From: Bdellovibrionales bacterium | Lineage (GTDB): Bacteria > Bdellovibrionota > Bdellovibrionia > Bdellovibrionales > CAYMLA01 | Assembly (NCBI GenBank): GCA_965217115.1 | Contig: OZ244239.1 | Span: forward strand, 768,001-832,000 | DNA length: 64,000 nucleotides | Reading direction: 5' to 3' | Shown: one piece after another, positions 28,025 through 38,945 of the stretch | Layout of the letters: each line of letters begins with the position of its first letter | Position numbering within the stretch: position 1 is the first letter of the stretch | Made by a program: the position numbers and the translations under genes | Notes under the pieces: generated by a model | Database searches by the model: none | Seen by the model: the letters and a program-made list of their open reading frames with translations, nothing else | Told to the model about the DNA's origin: nothing

Positions 28025-28987
28025 CTATTTCATAGGAGGATTGAAGGGGAGAAAGTCTTTTGGTAGCGCAGCCTGCGCGCCACTTTTTCCTTCGGTTTGA
28101 TTGAAATACATACGGGTTGTTTGGTAGGCAAAATCAATGTCATTGTTTTTGTCAAATTCCTCTAAGATCCTTGTCCATAGCTGGTCTTCCTTGTCTCTAA
28201 CCTTGCGGGGACGAATCAAAAAACGCAGGGTTAACATCACACCGCTGTCTTTCACTGACAAATACACTATGGGGGTCATTTTTCCAAATCGAATCAAATA
28301 GCTCCTCGACACCTCTTTAAACTCCTTCTTTCCTCTAGGAGTTACGGGCTCTATCTCTTCACTAATAATCTTGAGAAGAATTTCCTTAGCTTTTCTCCAA
28401 TTACTCTCAAAAGTGACCAATATTCCCATTTCATACCAAATATAACCAAAACCCTTATCGTAATTAACCAGGCGATCCTTAAACACGCGGTTATTAGGCA
28501 TATGAAGTATACGACCCGTGCTGTTATCCGCATCCACCCAACGGGAATTGATCTCCATCATAAGTGTCTGAAAGAGACGAATATCTATAACATCCCCAAT
28601 ATCATCACCTAATTGCACTCGATCACCCACGACAAATGGTCTTCTCCATACGATAAAAGCAAACGAGACCATACTCGCAATCACATCTTGCATCGCAATC
28701 GCAAGTCCCGCACCTACCAAGCCCAGAAAGGTGGCAACAGAGGCGACTCCCTCAAACCACACTCGCGACACCAATATGATTCCAAAAGTGTAAATCACAT
28801 ACTTTATACCCATCTGCCAATAGTAGTGACGCGTGACGTCCTCAACCTTCGTCGTTATAAAACGAGACATCACCCATTTGAGTAAAAATAAAAAAACTAC
28901 AATCAAAATAGACAGACTTATTTTATCGTTAAAATAAGTGCTTGAAGAAAAATGATTTAGAATATTCTTAATATAAGCTGGGTCCAT
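28025..28987 (-). CDS. MscS family mechanosensitive channel
   Basis: GAGLAIAMQD, RPFVVGDRVQLG, GDVIDI, MPN. Confidence 0.93.
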   Translation of the reverse strand: MDPAYIKNILNHFSSSTYFNDKISLSILIVVFLFLLKWVMSRFITTKVEDVTRHYYWQMGIKYVIYTFGIILVSRVWFEGVASVATFLGLVGAGLAIAMQDVIASMVSFAFIVWRRPFVVGDRVQLGDDIGDVIDIRLFQTLMMEINSRWVDADNSTGRILHMPNNRVFKDRLVNYDKGFGYIWYEMGILVTFESNWRKAKEILLKIISEEIEPVTPRGKKEFKEVSRSYLIRFGKMTPIVYLSVKDSGVMLTLRFLIRPRKVRDKEDQLWTRILEEFDKNNDIDFAYQTTRMYFNQTEGKSGAQAALPKDFLPFNPPMK

Positions 28988-29126
28988 TCCCCTTATTGTC
29001 TAGGGACGTAAACAGCAAAGCAAGCTCACTGGCTACCTATCTTAATAAACCTCTACTTAAACCTAGATACAAAGACACTTGAAAAGAACTTCTTTTAAAA
29101 AACCTTTATAATGATGAGTCCAAAGC

Positions 29127-30800
29127 TCAATTAATCGTGCGATACTTAATTCGGCTTGGAATTAACTCATCCACATTTAAACGTTTCTTCAAGTCCCCTT
29201 CATACTCAGAATAGTTTCCACTGAAGAAGTTCACCTGACTATCACCCTCAAAAGCCATGATATGCGTGCAAATTCGATCCAAGAACCAGCGATCATGACT
29301 AATCACCACCACACTGCCACCAAACTCTAAAATAGCGTCCTCCAAAGCACGCATCGTGTTCACATCTAGGTCATTGGTTGGTTCATCGAGCAAAATCACA
29401 TTTGCCCCCTGCTTTAACACCTTGGCCAACTGGACTCGATTGCGCTCTCCTCCGGACAAATCACCCACTTTCTTCTGCTGATCCGTTCCCGAAAAATTAA
29501 ACCACGACACATAAGCCCTGGCCTGAACCTCACGAGTGCCCAAAACAATCACATCCTCACCTTCACTAATTTCCTCAAAAACAGTTTTATCGCCATTTAA
29601 AACATCTCTTTTCTGGTCAACATAGGCCAACTTCACCGTCTCACCGATTTTAAAACTCCCCGAATCAGGCTGGTCTTTCCCCGTCATTAAATTAAATAAC
29701 GTGGTCTTTCCCGCGCCATTAGGACCAATAACACCGACAATCGCTCCACGGGGAATCATAAAAGACACATCGTCCATCAATAGGCGGCCATCATATCCCT
29801 TGCAAACATTTTTCGCCTCAACCACCATTTGTCCTAAACGTTCCCCAGGGGGGATGTAAATTTGCATATCCTGTATCTTCTCAGAGGTTTTCTCTTTTAA
29901 CAGATCTTCATAGGCGCTTAAACGTGCCTTCGATTTTGCCTGTCGCCCCTTAGGGTTCATACGCACCCACTCCAGTTCTTTATCAAGAGTTCTCTGACGA
30001 CGGGATTCTTGGCTTTTCTCCTGGCTTAAACGTTTTCCCTTTTGATCGAGCCACCCTGAGTAATTCCCTTCAAAAGGGATTCCCTCACCACGATCCAACT
30101 CCAGAATCCAACCAGCCACATTATCTAAGAAATATCTATCATGGGTGATCGCCACAACTGTCCCACGGAATTTTGCCAAAAACATCTCAAGCCACCCCAC
30201 TGACTCCGCATCCAAATGGTTCGTCGGCTCATCTAAGAGTAAAATATCTGGTTCTGATAAAAGTAACCGGGCCAAAGCCACACGCCTCTTCTCTCCACCT
30301 GATAAATGCTCCACCGAAGAATCCCCATCAGGGCACCGTAGAGCACCCATGGCCACATTTATTTTCGTATCCACATCCCAACCATCAACAGCTTCAATTT
30401 TCTCCTGAATCAGCCCTTGCTTATCAATAAGACGAGTCATCTCATCATCTGACATCGGCTCACACATCTTCAGACTAATCTCTTCAAAATCTTGAAGCCA
30501 TTTTGCTAAATCCCCCAAGCCATCAAGGATATTGCCTTTAACATTCTTAGAACCATCGAGTTGTGGCTCTTGCTTCAAGTAGCCCACACGCATCTCCTTG
30601 GCGGGGAAAGCCTCACCGAGGAAATCCTCATCCACTCCAGCCATGATCTTCAATAGGGTGGACTTTCCAGAGCCATTCAACCCAAGAACCCCGATTTTGG
30701 CTCCATAAAAATAAGAGAGATAAATATCCTTCAAAACATGGCGATTTGGCGGGTAAACTTTGCCCACGCCCTTCATCGTGTAGATAATCTCTTTAGACAT
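29127..30800 (-). CDS. ettA: Energy-dependent translational throttle protein EttA (ABC-F)
   Basis: GAKIGVLGLNGSGKS, ELEWVRMNPKGRQAKSKARL, two ABC cassettes; start set at ATG 30800. Confidence 0.97.
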   Translation of the reverse strand: MSKEIIYTMKGVGKVYPPNRHVLKDIYLSYFYGAKIGVLGLNGSGKSTLLKIMAGVDEDFLGEAFPAKEMRVGYLKQEPQLDGSKNVKGNILDGLGDLAKWLQDFEEISLKMCEPMSDDEMTRLIDKQGLIQEKIEAVDGWDVDTKINVAMGALRCPDGDSSVEHLSGGEKRRVALARLLLSEPDILLLDEPTNHLDAESVGWLEMFLAKFRGTVVAITHDRYFLDNVAGWILELDRGEGIPFEGNYSGWLDQKGKRLSQEKSQESRRQRTLDKELEWVRMNPKGRQAKSKARLSAYEDLLKEKTSEKIQDMQIYIPPGERLGQMVVEAKNVCKGYDGRLLMDDVSFMIPRGAIVGVIGPNGAGKTTLFNLMTGKDQPDSGSFKIGETVKLAYVDQKRDVLNGDKTVFEEISEGEDVIVLGTREVQARAYVSWFNFSGTDQQKKVGDLSGGERNRVQLAKVLKQGANVILLDEPTNDLDVNTMRALEDAILEFGGSVVVISHDRWFLDRICTHIMAFEGDSQVNFFSGNYSEYEGDLKKRLNVDELIPSRIKYRTIN

Positions 30801-30885
30801 GACACTTCCCCCATGTTTGATTTTCACTAGGGTTTAACTTGCCCTATGACCTATTGCAACAATAAACTATACACAGAAGCTGGGC

Positions 30886-31893
30886 ATGGACGCTCTCCAA
30901 AAAAACAAATACAACAAGAGCAAATACAACAAGAGGAATACATCCAAAATGGAAGGTTCAAAAAGTAAATCCATCGGTCAACATTTCATCGTGGGCTTTT
31001 CGGGGCAGAAACTTCCCCAGTGGCTCTATCAACTGGAAGAAAAATTTGGTCTTGGCGGCGTTATTCTCTTTGATTATGATGTAAAAACAAAGAAAGACGA
31101 TAATAACATCGCTTCGCCCCAGCAACTCAAGTGGCTTTGCCAAGAGATCAAAGAACTCTCCTCTTCTCCACATATCTTTATCGACCAAGAAGGGGGACTT
31201 GTAAGGCGTTTAAAAGAAAAAAAAGGGTTCTCACCTCTACCTAGCGCTCAGAAATTCAACTCTCTAACTCGCTCTGAAAAAAAACAATCTCTCTTTCACA
31301 GTTTCCATGAAATGAAAAACCTAGGTATTGATTACAATTTGGCTCCTGTCATTGATATCAATTACAACCCCAGCAATCCCAATATTGGAGCTATTGAACG
31401 TTCTTTTTCACGGTCATCACAAGAAGTGGAAGACAATCTTTTACTTATCAATGAAGTCGCCAAGAGCGTCGACCTCAAGCTCTGTCTCAAACACTACCCT
31501 GGACTCGGGGGGGCCACAACCAATTCCCATTTAGACATCACTGATCTCTCAGGCACTGTCACGCAAGATCAACTCCATCTCTTCTACAAGTACGGCTCTA
31601 TTATCCACGGGCAGTCCATTCTCATTAGCCATGGGTTTGTCAGAGAGTGGGACCATCAAAATCCTTGCACTGTCTCACGTCCTATTCTCTCCAAATTGAA
31701 GGAGCACTCTCCCCACGCACAGTTAATCTCTGACGATATGCAGATGGAAGGGCTGCTAAAAATATGTGGTTCCATTGAAAGCGCTTGTGAAAAATCGCTT
31801 CAAGCTGGCATGGATATGATCTGTATTGGTAACAATCTCAAAGACCACTCTGCAAAACTCTGGGATATGTTCTCCCGCTTAGAACACTCTTGA
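30886..31893 (+). CDS. nagZ: GH3 beta-N-acetylhexosaminidase (NagZ-like)
   Basis: GGVILF, IDQEGGLVRR, NLAPVID, KHYPGLG, SDDMQM; start may be ATG 30949. Confidence 0.85.
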   Translation: MDALQKNKYNKSKYNKRNTSKMEGSKSKSIGQHFIVGFSGQKLPQWLYQLEEKFGLGGVILFDYDVKTKKDDNNIASPQQLKWLCQEIKELSSSPHIFIDQEGGLVRRLKEKKGFSPLPSAQKFNSLTRSEKKQSLFHSFHEMKNLGIDYNLAPVIDINYNPSNPNIGAIERSFSRSSQEVEDNLLLINEVAKSVDLKLCLKHYPGLGGATTNSHLDITDLSGTVTQDQLHLFYKYGSIIHGQSILISHGFVREWDHQNPCTVSRPILSKLKEHSPHAQLISDDMQMEGLLKICGSIESACEKSLQAGMDMICIGNNLKDHSAKLWDMFSRLEHS

Positions 31894-31920
31894 ATTAGAG
31901 ATAACATCACTGAACTCTAT

Positions 31921-33951
31921 TTATTTAATGACCTTCTCTATTTTTTTATCGAGTTGAGCTAAAAAAGACGAAACCATTGAATCTCTCTCCTCTGCCTGTA
32001 CAGGCCTAAAACCCGATTCATAAACAGTTAACAGCTTCTCTGGAATTTCCAATAGAAATCTCGAAGCAACAGACGGACTCATCTTACCAAATCTTTTACG
32101 CTGACATGAACGTGTTATAATAAGTCTCTTCATAGCCCTCGTCACGCCCACATAGAAAAGTCTTCTCTCCTCATCGATATCTCCCCCTAAACGCCTGTGG
32201 GGAATAATATCCTCTTCAACTCCGACCATAAAGACAACTGGGTACTCCAATCCCTTACAAGCATGGAAAGTTAAAAGCTGCACCTCAGATTTAGCCTCTG
32301 AATTTCCGTCCTCTATTTTATCTCGCAACTCCATGCTATCAATAAACTTTCTCACAGCCCGAATATCTTTGCCTTCCTTCTCGATATAGTTTTCTGCAAC
32401 ACGGGAGAAAATCTCAATCATATTCCATTTTTTTTCTCCCATTGATGAGCCTTTGCTGTTTTGAAATACAAATTGGTAATAACCAAAATCTCTCATGATC
32501 TGAATCACCTCATCGGCAATACTCTCTCTGGCATTTAACAACCTCTCTGGTATTTTCTTCAAGCCTTCCAATAGTGTTTCAATATTCTCACCAGCTCTGG
32601 AATCCACCCCTGCCTCTCTCCATTTTTTTGTCGCTGCAAAGAAAGTCAGTTTCTGAGCTTGAGCCAATAGCTCTATTTTGCCAATACTCACATCTCCGAC
32701 TCCACGGGCTGGAGTGTTTAATATTCGACGGAAAGCCACTTCATGGGGGGCGGTACCACAACGCAAATACGCCAGAATATCCTTAATCTCACGACGGTCA
32801 AAAAAAGCTGTGCCTCCCGACAATGAATAGGGAACCGAGTGATGCCGTAACCCTCCCTCTAACAAACCTCCCTGACCATTAGAACGATACAAAACAGCCA
32901 TATCTCGATAATCATAACCCTTCTTATAAAAATACAGAATCTGCTGAACAATTTGTTCTGACTCCATCTCTTCATTCTCATACACGAAAACTTCAGGCTT
33001 TTCCCCTTTTTCCATATTAGGATCTGGGCGCAAAACCTTATCATGCCTCTTTGTGTTTTTTTGAATCACACTATTGGCTACATTCAAAATCGTCGGCACC
33101 GAACGATAGTTCCTCTCCAAACGCACAACCTTGCATTTATCAAAAAGCCGAGGGAAGTTGAGAATATTATTTATCTCTGCCCCTCTCCAACCATAAATAG
33201 ACTGATCATCATCACCCACGACAGTGATGTTCATATGGGACATCGTGAGTTTTTTGATCAATTTCATCTGCACACGATTTGTATCCTGAAACTCATCCAC
33301 CATCACCTGCTTAAATCGCCTCTGGCATTCCTCTAAAACTTCAGGATGACTCGCAAATATCTCAAGAGGCTTTAAGAGAAGCCCGTCAAAGTCCACCACT
33401 CCTAAAGCTCGCAAGCGAGAAATGTAACGGGGCAAAATAACTTCGGCAGCCTCTGCATACTCGTCTGCCACCCCCTCCAAGACTCGTCCCAGGGCCCGAA
33501 GATCCCCCATAATTAAAAGTAATTTGTCTATATCGAAATCTTGCTTTGCGTAATGTTTAAAATTCTTAAGAACATCTTTTACCACGGCTTGAGCATCAGA
33601 AGAGTCAATCACACCAAAGTACTTAGGCAGTTCAGCTTGTTTATGATATTTTCGCAATAATTGTAAACCAAAGGAATGAAAAGTTCCTGCCCAAATACTC
33701 TGAGCCGAATCACCTATTTTTTTTTGAACTCGCTCTTTGATCTCTCTGGCCGCTTTATTGGTAAAGGTCAATAGGCATATCTCTTTAGGGCTAACAGCTC
33801 CTTCGGCGATCAACCGACCTGTGCGTGCGACAAGAACTGTGGTCTTTCCAGAACCTGCTCCTGCAAGAATCAATAACGGACCCTCATTATGCTCCATCGC
33901 TTCTCTTTGCTCAGGATTCATACTCTCTTCCCAAATTGACACGGCTAACAC
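31921..33951 (-). CDS. UvrD/Rep/PcrA family ATP-dependent DNA helicase
   Basis: AGAGSGKT, TFTNKAA, VDEFQD, VGDDDQSIY, NYRS, HACKGLE, ERRLFYVGVTRA. Confidence 0.97.
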   Translation of the reverse strand: MLAVSIWEESMNPEQREAMEHNEGPLLILAGAGSGKTTVLVARTGRLIAEGAVSPKEICLLTFTNKAAREIKERVQKKIGDSAQSIWAGTFHSFGLQLLRKYHKQAELPKYFGVIDSSDAQAVVKDVLKNFKHYAKQDFDIDKLLLIMGDLRALGRVLEGVADEYAEAAEVILPRYISRLRALGVVDFDGLLLKPLEIFASHPEVLEECQRRFKQVMVDEFQDTNRVQMKLIKKLTMSHMNITVVGDDDQSIYGWRGAEINNILNFPRLFDKCKVVRLERNYRSVPTILNVANSVIQKNTKRHDKVLRPDPNMEKGEKPEVFVYENEEMESEQIVQQILYFYKKGYDYRDMAVLYRSNGQGGLLEGGLRHHSVPYSLSGGTAFFDRREIKDILAYLRCGTAPHEVAFRRILNTPARGVGDVSIGKIELLAQAQKLTFFAATKKWREAGVDSRAGENIETLLEGLKKIPERLLNARESIADEVIQIMRDFGYYQFVFQNSKGSSMGEKKWNMIEIFSRVAENYIEKEGKDIRAVRKFIDSMELRDKIEDGNSEAKSEVQLLTFHACKGLEYPVVFMVGVEEDIIPHRRLGGDIDEERRLFYVGVTRAMKRLIITRSCQRKRFGKMSPSVASRFLLEIPEKLLTVYESGFRPVQAEERDSMVSSFLAQLDKKIEKVIK

Positions 33952-33966
33952 CTTATTTTCTATGTA

Positions 33967-34764
33967 TTAAAGAATAGAAAAACTCACCTTAACAGCAAGT
34001 CCTAAAAGTAAACTCCCCAAAATCCAACAACGGGTCTGTGGACATAGTTTCTCTTGATACTTCACCCCTAACGTCCCCGTTAAATAAGACCCACAGACAA
34101 TACCTAACATCGCGTCCAAGTGAACACTTCCCCAAGTTGGCCAGCTCACTGGCTCCCCCACTGTGTAACCTAAAACTCCTAACAAAGATGTTAAAATCAT
34201 CGCTCCATTGACGGTCGGTGAAATGTTTTTTTCCTCTAACACTCCAGCACTTAAAAGCAAAGGAGACATCACCGATCCCCCACCCAAACCTGTAAACCCA
34301 GAGACAGCTCCTGACAAGCTTCCAACAAAACCAGAAAAAATCTTTCCAGGTTTTTTGACACCCGTTTGCTCTGGCACTTTATAGCGACCAGTGTAACGAC
34401 TATAACCTCCTAAGAGAGTTCGCACCGACGCCAACAATAAGACCAACACTAAAGCTCCATACAAAACGTCTTCAGAAAAATAAGCTGTGGCTCTTGCTGC
34501 TATATAGGCTGTTATCCCTGAACTTATTCCCAATAAAAGAGAATGACTAAACATCACTGATTTTTTTCTAGAAAAACGCAGGGTATTTATACTCACAACA
34601 AGAAAAACGGAGCACAAGCTTGTCGCAATAACTTCCCGTGCAGACAATCCTGGGACAAAAACGGGGAGCAAGGGAACGATAATAATTCCGCCTCCTAGAC
34701 CCAAAAAGCTGGAAATAATCCCAACCACTAAACCTAATCCACATCCGATAATTAAAATTTCCAC
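33967..34764 (-). CDS. Sulfite exporter TauE/SafE (TSUP) family membrane protein
   Basis: Two GLGGG...P repeats, multiple TM helices. Confidence 0.9.
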   Translation of the reverse strand: MEILIIGCGLGLVVGIISSFLGLGGGIIIVPLLPVFVPGLSAREVIATSLCSVFLVVSINTLRFSRKKSVMFSHSLLLGISSGITAYIAARATAYFSEDVLYGALVLVLLLASVRTLLGGYSRYTGRYKVPEQTGVKKPGKIFSGFVGSLSGAVSGFTGLGGGSVMSPLLLSAGVLEEKNISPTVNGAMILTSLLGVLGYTVGEPVSWPTWGSVHLDAMLGIVCGSYLTGTLGVKYQEKLCPQTRCWILGSLLLGLAVKVSFSIL

Positions 34765-34789
34765 GGCTTATCTATTCATACGACAAATG

Positions 34790-35200
34790 CTAAAGACGAT
34801 TATGAACAAGGTTCTTAAATGATTCAGGAAACATCACCTCTATACTGTTGGCGCTCTTCTCTGTCACAAGTCCCAAACCAAATTTAGGATGGTTAATAAC
34901 TGTATCCACTTTAAAAGACCCTTTCATACTATAGGATTCAGTTTTTGTGCTCTCTGCTTTGTCCATCAATTGCTGATAAGAGTCTTCGTGACTCACCTTT
35001 TTAGTGACTTTACGCTTTGTTACCGCTTTTTTCTTGGTCGTCGTTAATTTAAAGGTCTTCTTACCTCCACAAACTTCACATTCAATTTTAGCTGCAATTT
35101 CAGACGAGTGGCTCAAAACCTTGTGATAACGTTCGACTTCACATTTTTTACAATCTGTATAAAAGCTACTGGCGACCTCAGGTAATTTTGTTAATTTCAC
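34790..35200 (-). CDS. Conserved hypothetical protein with zinc ribbon and HPKFG domain
   Basis: CKKC...CEVC; HPKFGLGLV. Confidence 0.8.
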   Translation of the reverse strand: MKLTKLPEVASSFYTDCKKCEVERYHKVLSHSSEIAAKIECEVCGGKKTFKLTTTKKKAVTKRKVTKKVSHEDSYQQLMDKAESTKTESYSMKGSFKVDTVINHPKFGLGLVTEKSANSIEVMFPESFKNLVHNRL

Positions 35201-35268
35201 TTCAACTCCTCAGCTATAATCTATAGGGAATTCATACGTTAACACTATACCGCCAAGAAGCTCTATTC

Positions 35269-36156
35269 TCAACGTTCCTTTTGCTTATAAATAGTTAACG
35301 GAGCGTCAAGAGACTTCTCGCCAATCTCCTTAGCTCTAAGGAAAAAAGGGCCTTCTTTTCTCTCCAAAAGTCTTTGAAATTCATTAAGACTTTTGTCAGT
35401 TTTTGGGTCTACAAGCAGCTCTGTTCTATCAAAATACTTTTCAAAGCGCTCATTGCCCGTCTTCATAAAATAATACTCCCAACAACCTGCATCTACAACA
35501 GAGCGATAGGTAAAGGTATGGGCATAGGAATGCACTGGTGTATAGGCCGTTAGTATCTCAAACCAACCATAACGGCTATGGAGCTTAATTGCTGGACTTT
35601 TCCACTGCGTCACTCCCACGCAAGTCTGTACATTGGCATACCACAAACCAAATGCCTTTGTTAAAAAGCCTAACCCCGGCAGCTTATCTTCTTGGTCCAA
35701 CATCGAATTTATTGAACACAGGTTATGGGCGACCCACTCGCCTTCACCAATGGAGGGAATCAAGATAAATAACGACAAAGGAACCCATTCTCCATCCTTA
35801 GCCTGCAAAAGACGCTTTTTTATGTTTTCAGGCAAACTCCCGTAACGGGCAGCAAACCCCGTCACAAACCCTGGAACCAAGGCACAATCGTAGAACACCC
35901 AACGTGGCATCGCCATAGACGACGGGCCAAAAGCTGTATTCTCCAAATGATATATGTGCTCTGAAAATTTCACATCTTTAGCGCGGAAGGGGTCCAAGAA
36001 AATAGGATCGAAATTAAACCAAGATAATTTATGAACACTTCCTGGACGCACAATTTGATGCTCTTCCCGAATATAAACATAGGGCCGTATTTCTAATGTC
36101 TCTAACCAAGCTGCTCTCTCTTGAAACACGGTGATATTCCCTAAATAACTCCTCAC
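35269..36156 (-). CDS. Hypothetical protein
   Basis: 295-aa ORF with core-like codon bias; no family recognised. Confidence 0.8.
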   Translation of the reverse strand: MRSYLGNITVFQERAAWLETLEIRPYVYIREEHQIVRPGSVHKLSWFNFDPIFLDPFRAKDVKFSEHIYHLENTAFGPSSMAMPRWVFYDCALVPGFVTGFAARYGSLPENIKKRLLQAKDGEWVPLSLFILIPSIGEGEWVAHNLCSINSMLDQEDKLPGLGFLTKAFGLWYANVQTCVGVTQWKSPAIKLHSRYGWFEILTAYTPVHSYAHTFTYRSVVDAGCWEYYFMKTGNERFEKYFDRTELLVDPKTDKSLNEFQRLLERKEGPFFLRAKEIGEKSLDAPLTIYKQKER

Positions 36157-36307
36157 TCAACTCTGATTGGGCGAGGACGTTTCTACTCATCAAGCATCTC
36201 TGCCATTTAATATTAGCAACTAATATATTAAAAGCAAAAAAAATGTCAATACCGTTTCTCTAGATATTCCCTACATGCCTGCAAGAAATAAAAGCGATCT
36301 TTAAACC

Positions 36308-37129
36308 CTAAGTCCAATCAAATAAATCAAACGACAACTGATAAGTCTTCTTAGGGGGAGCTTCTCGAGAGATTTTTTCAACCTTTTTTATGAAGGAGCT
36401 AAACTCGTCTTTTATGATATCAAAAGTTTTTTCATCAGCTACGAATGTCGTCATAAATGATTTCTTTCGTTTTTCAGAAATTTTCCCTAAAAAAGTGAGA
36501 GTGAGTTGCTTGAGGTTCAACTGGTGTGCTCTCATTAATTGATTGTCATCCCTGAAGTACAATCTTGGTGTATTAACCTTTTTTATGTTGAATTTACCCT
36601 CACCTCTTTGGATAAAGCCAATTTTCTCAATTTTATTCAGAATAGCATCCAATTGGTCCACCTCTAACCCCAAAATGGGAAGGAGTTTGCGAGGGTCCTT
36701 CTTGTATAAGAGTATACTCAGCGAGGAAAGTACAATTGTCGCATAGGGATCTAACATAAAATCTGTTTCGTAGAGAAAATTAGATTCAAGCTTCCCCCTC
36801 TCTTCGGTCTCGGCGAACTCCTGATTTAAAATGGCAGCTATTTGCTGGGAGGCTTCCTCCTTTCTTAATCTACTTGTCGATCCCTCTAATATTCTTAAAT
36901 TCATTAATAATTGAATTTTTAATTCTGGGAATTCCAGATAGTGTAGAGCTTCAAAAAGTATATCTTCTTTTAAATGCTCATCTTCAGAATTGAGGATTCG
37001 GGAGAGATAGGTGTATTGAATTTGCAGATGCTGGGCCAATTTTTTCAATGTAATAGGATGGCGCAATCGTTTTTTCAAATGATTGAGGCGTGTTTTTACT
37101 TCACTCTTGTAGTTCATCTGACTAGACAT
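36308..37129 (-). CDS. TIGR02147/DUF4423-like HTH regulator
   Basis: N-terminal YK...LAQHLQIQYTYLSRILN HTH; C-terminal IKDEFSSFIKKV...KTYQLSFDLF. Confidence 0.8.
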   Translation of the reverse strand: MSSQMNYKSEVKTRLNHLKKRLRHPITLKKLAQHLQIQYTYLSRILNSEDEHLKEDILFEALHYLEFPELKIQLLMNLRILEGSTSRLRKEEASQQIAAILNQEFAETEERGKLESNFLYETDFMLDPYATIVLSSLSILLYKKDPRKLLPILGLEVDQLDAILNKIEKIGFIQRGEGKFNIKKVNTPRLYFRDDNQLMRAHQLNLKQLTLTFLGKISEKRKKSFMTTFVADEKTFDIIKDEFSSFIKKVEKISREAPPKKTYQLSFDLFDWT

Positions 37130-37241
37130 ATTATGATAATCTATAACTAAATAGCTGTTTTTGCAAATATTGGAAATATTCTTTTACGATAATTTATAAG
37201 ATTCTTCCTTCAAGAACTTAACCACGGAAAAGGAGAAGACA

Positions 37242-37742
37242 ATGAACAAACTAATTTTAACCCTTATTTTAGCCGCCACATCGAGTGCTTTTGCAGAGAG
37301 AGGAGAACGTATTTTTGGGCTTCAGTTTCAACAACCAGCCAAGAGCAAAGTCTACGTATCCAAGGGAAAAACCTGTTCCCAGCGTTTTAGTGGTGTTTAC
37401 AGAGGACAGTGCACTGGAGAAGCCAGAGAACGCACCCTTGAAATCCAACAGGAAGGATGCAGCTCGATCAGCATTGACGGGGAGCGTCGTCTCATTGGAA
37501 GTATTAACTCCAAGACGAAAATATCCAATGAACAGGTCATAAGTTCCATCGAAAGCATTCGGTGGAATGACGCAGGAGATGAGCTTGAAATCAACTATTT
37601 TGCTCAGCAAAAATTCAATGGTGGTATATTGCCTTTAATGATGGTCGCTAGTATATCATTAAACCCTAGTGGCAATGTGCTTTCCATTGGAGGAAGAAAT
37701 CCTTTTGGCGAAATCTTCGAATGTACATATATCAAAAATTAA
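37242..37742 (+). CDS. Hypothetical secreted protein
   Basis: AAGGAG RBS, signal peptide ending SAFA. Confidence 0.8.
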   Translation: MNKLILTLILAATSSAFAERGERIFGLQFQQPAKSKVYVSKGKTCSQRFSGVYRGQCTGEARERTLEIQQEGCSSISIDGERRLIGSINSKTKISNEQVISSIESIRWNDAGDELEINYFAQQKFNGGILPLMMVASISLNPSGNVLSIGGRNPFGEIFECTYIKN

Positions 37743-37804
37743 CATCGAACGAAAGGCTGTGCCGTCCTTAAAGACGGCCAGCGCCTAATCTAATTGAGGT
37801 TATA

Positions 37805-38935
37805 ATGTTTAAACTATTCTTAGGAAGCCTATTCCTTTTATTTTCCACTTCAGCACTCGCAAGTAATGGTTGGGTCGCATCTGGTGGAGATCTTATTGAA
37901 GACGCAATGAACCCTTGGTGGATTCAAAATAAAAAAGAGCTCAAGTATTGTATTCGTATTGACTCTAAATCGACTTCTGCCACTAAAAAAGATATCAATT
38001 TTATTACATCCAGAGTTCTTCAAAACTGGCTGAATGAATGGAGTTATTTTTTTAACAACAGAGATAGCTCTTTTGAAATAGGAAGTCAGACATTAATAAA
38101 AGTTGAATGCAGCCAAGAGAATGATCTCGCTTTTTATTTTGGTTGGAATTCTTTAAGCTTAGACAAAAAAAACTATATCCGCCAATCGAGAAACCCTAAA
38201 TCGATAATAGGTCTTGCTGTTCGCACTCACTATGACAGAAAAAAATTAATAGGAAAAGGGTTTATCTTTGTTGGTTCCGATACAGGGCCTGATAAATTTA
38301 CACAGAAAGGATTATACCCACAACCTTGGAGACACAAGGCTCTGCTCACCTCTGTGCTTGCCCATGAACTTGCCCATGTGTTTGGACTTAAACACTCTGA
38401 TCTTTTTCACGGCCTTATGGGTGCGGGTTTTTTGACCATGCTTCTTAAGAAAAAATCTGTGGAGTATATGAAAGTCTTTGGAACTCTAAATGAGTATCAA
38501 GATTTTCCATATTTTAGCGAAAATAAATCTTATAAACTCAAATCTGGTCGGGTGAAAAATGTTTTTGGCAAAGTTAACGTTAAAAACCTCAAAATAGTTC
38601 CCCATCCCCATGATCCATACCGTTTTTCTCTGTATGAAGAGTCTTCTGGTTACGACCTGTTGACCCATACATTAGAACTTACCTCATTGCATAGAACGAT
38701 TCCTTTGGGAGGGTTTTCATTGTATCTAACAGACCAACAGGTCGTTTTCCCCAAGGAAGAGGGGGTGATCCTTATTCCATTGAATTTTTCAGATGAGGGC
38801 CAGGCCATTGTTAAATCAGTTTCTGGTGGAACTCGGAAAAATGTCTATTTAAAGAAAAATTTCGATTCAATCACCTTGCTTAACTATGAAAACGGAAATT
38901 ACCATAAAATTGTCTTTTCCAATCAAAAGCCCTAA
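37805..38935 (+). CDS. Secreted matrixin-like zinc metalloprotease
   Basis: HELAHVFGLKH followed by Met-turn GLMG; signal peptide. Confidence 0.85.
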   Translation: MFKLFLGSLFLLFSTSALASNGWVASGGDLIEDAMNPWWIQNKKELKYCIRIDSKSTSATKKDINFITSRVLQNWLNEWSYFFNNRDSSFEIGSQTLIKVECSQENDLAFYFGWNSLSLDKKNYIRQSRNPKSIIGLAVRTHYDRKKLIGKGFIFVGSDTGPDKFTQKGLYPQPWRHKALLTSVLAHELAHVFGLKHSDLFHGLMGAGFLTMLLKKKSVEYMKVFGTLNEYQDFPYFSENKSYKLKSGRVKNVFGKVNVKNLKIVPHPHDPYRFSLYEESSGYDLLTHTLELTSLHRTIPLGGFSLYLTDQQVVFPKEEGVILIPLNFSDEGQAIVKSVSGGTRKNVYLKKNFDSITLLNYENGNYHKIVFSNQKP

Positions 38936-38945
38936 CTCTCTATGA

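Noticed and set aside
30906..30935. 15-bp tandem duplication caaatacaacaagag at the nagZ 5' end
   Set aside because: Two units only; likely a simple slippage event.
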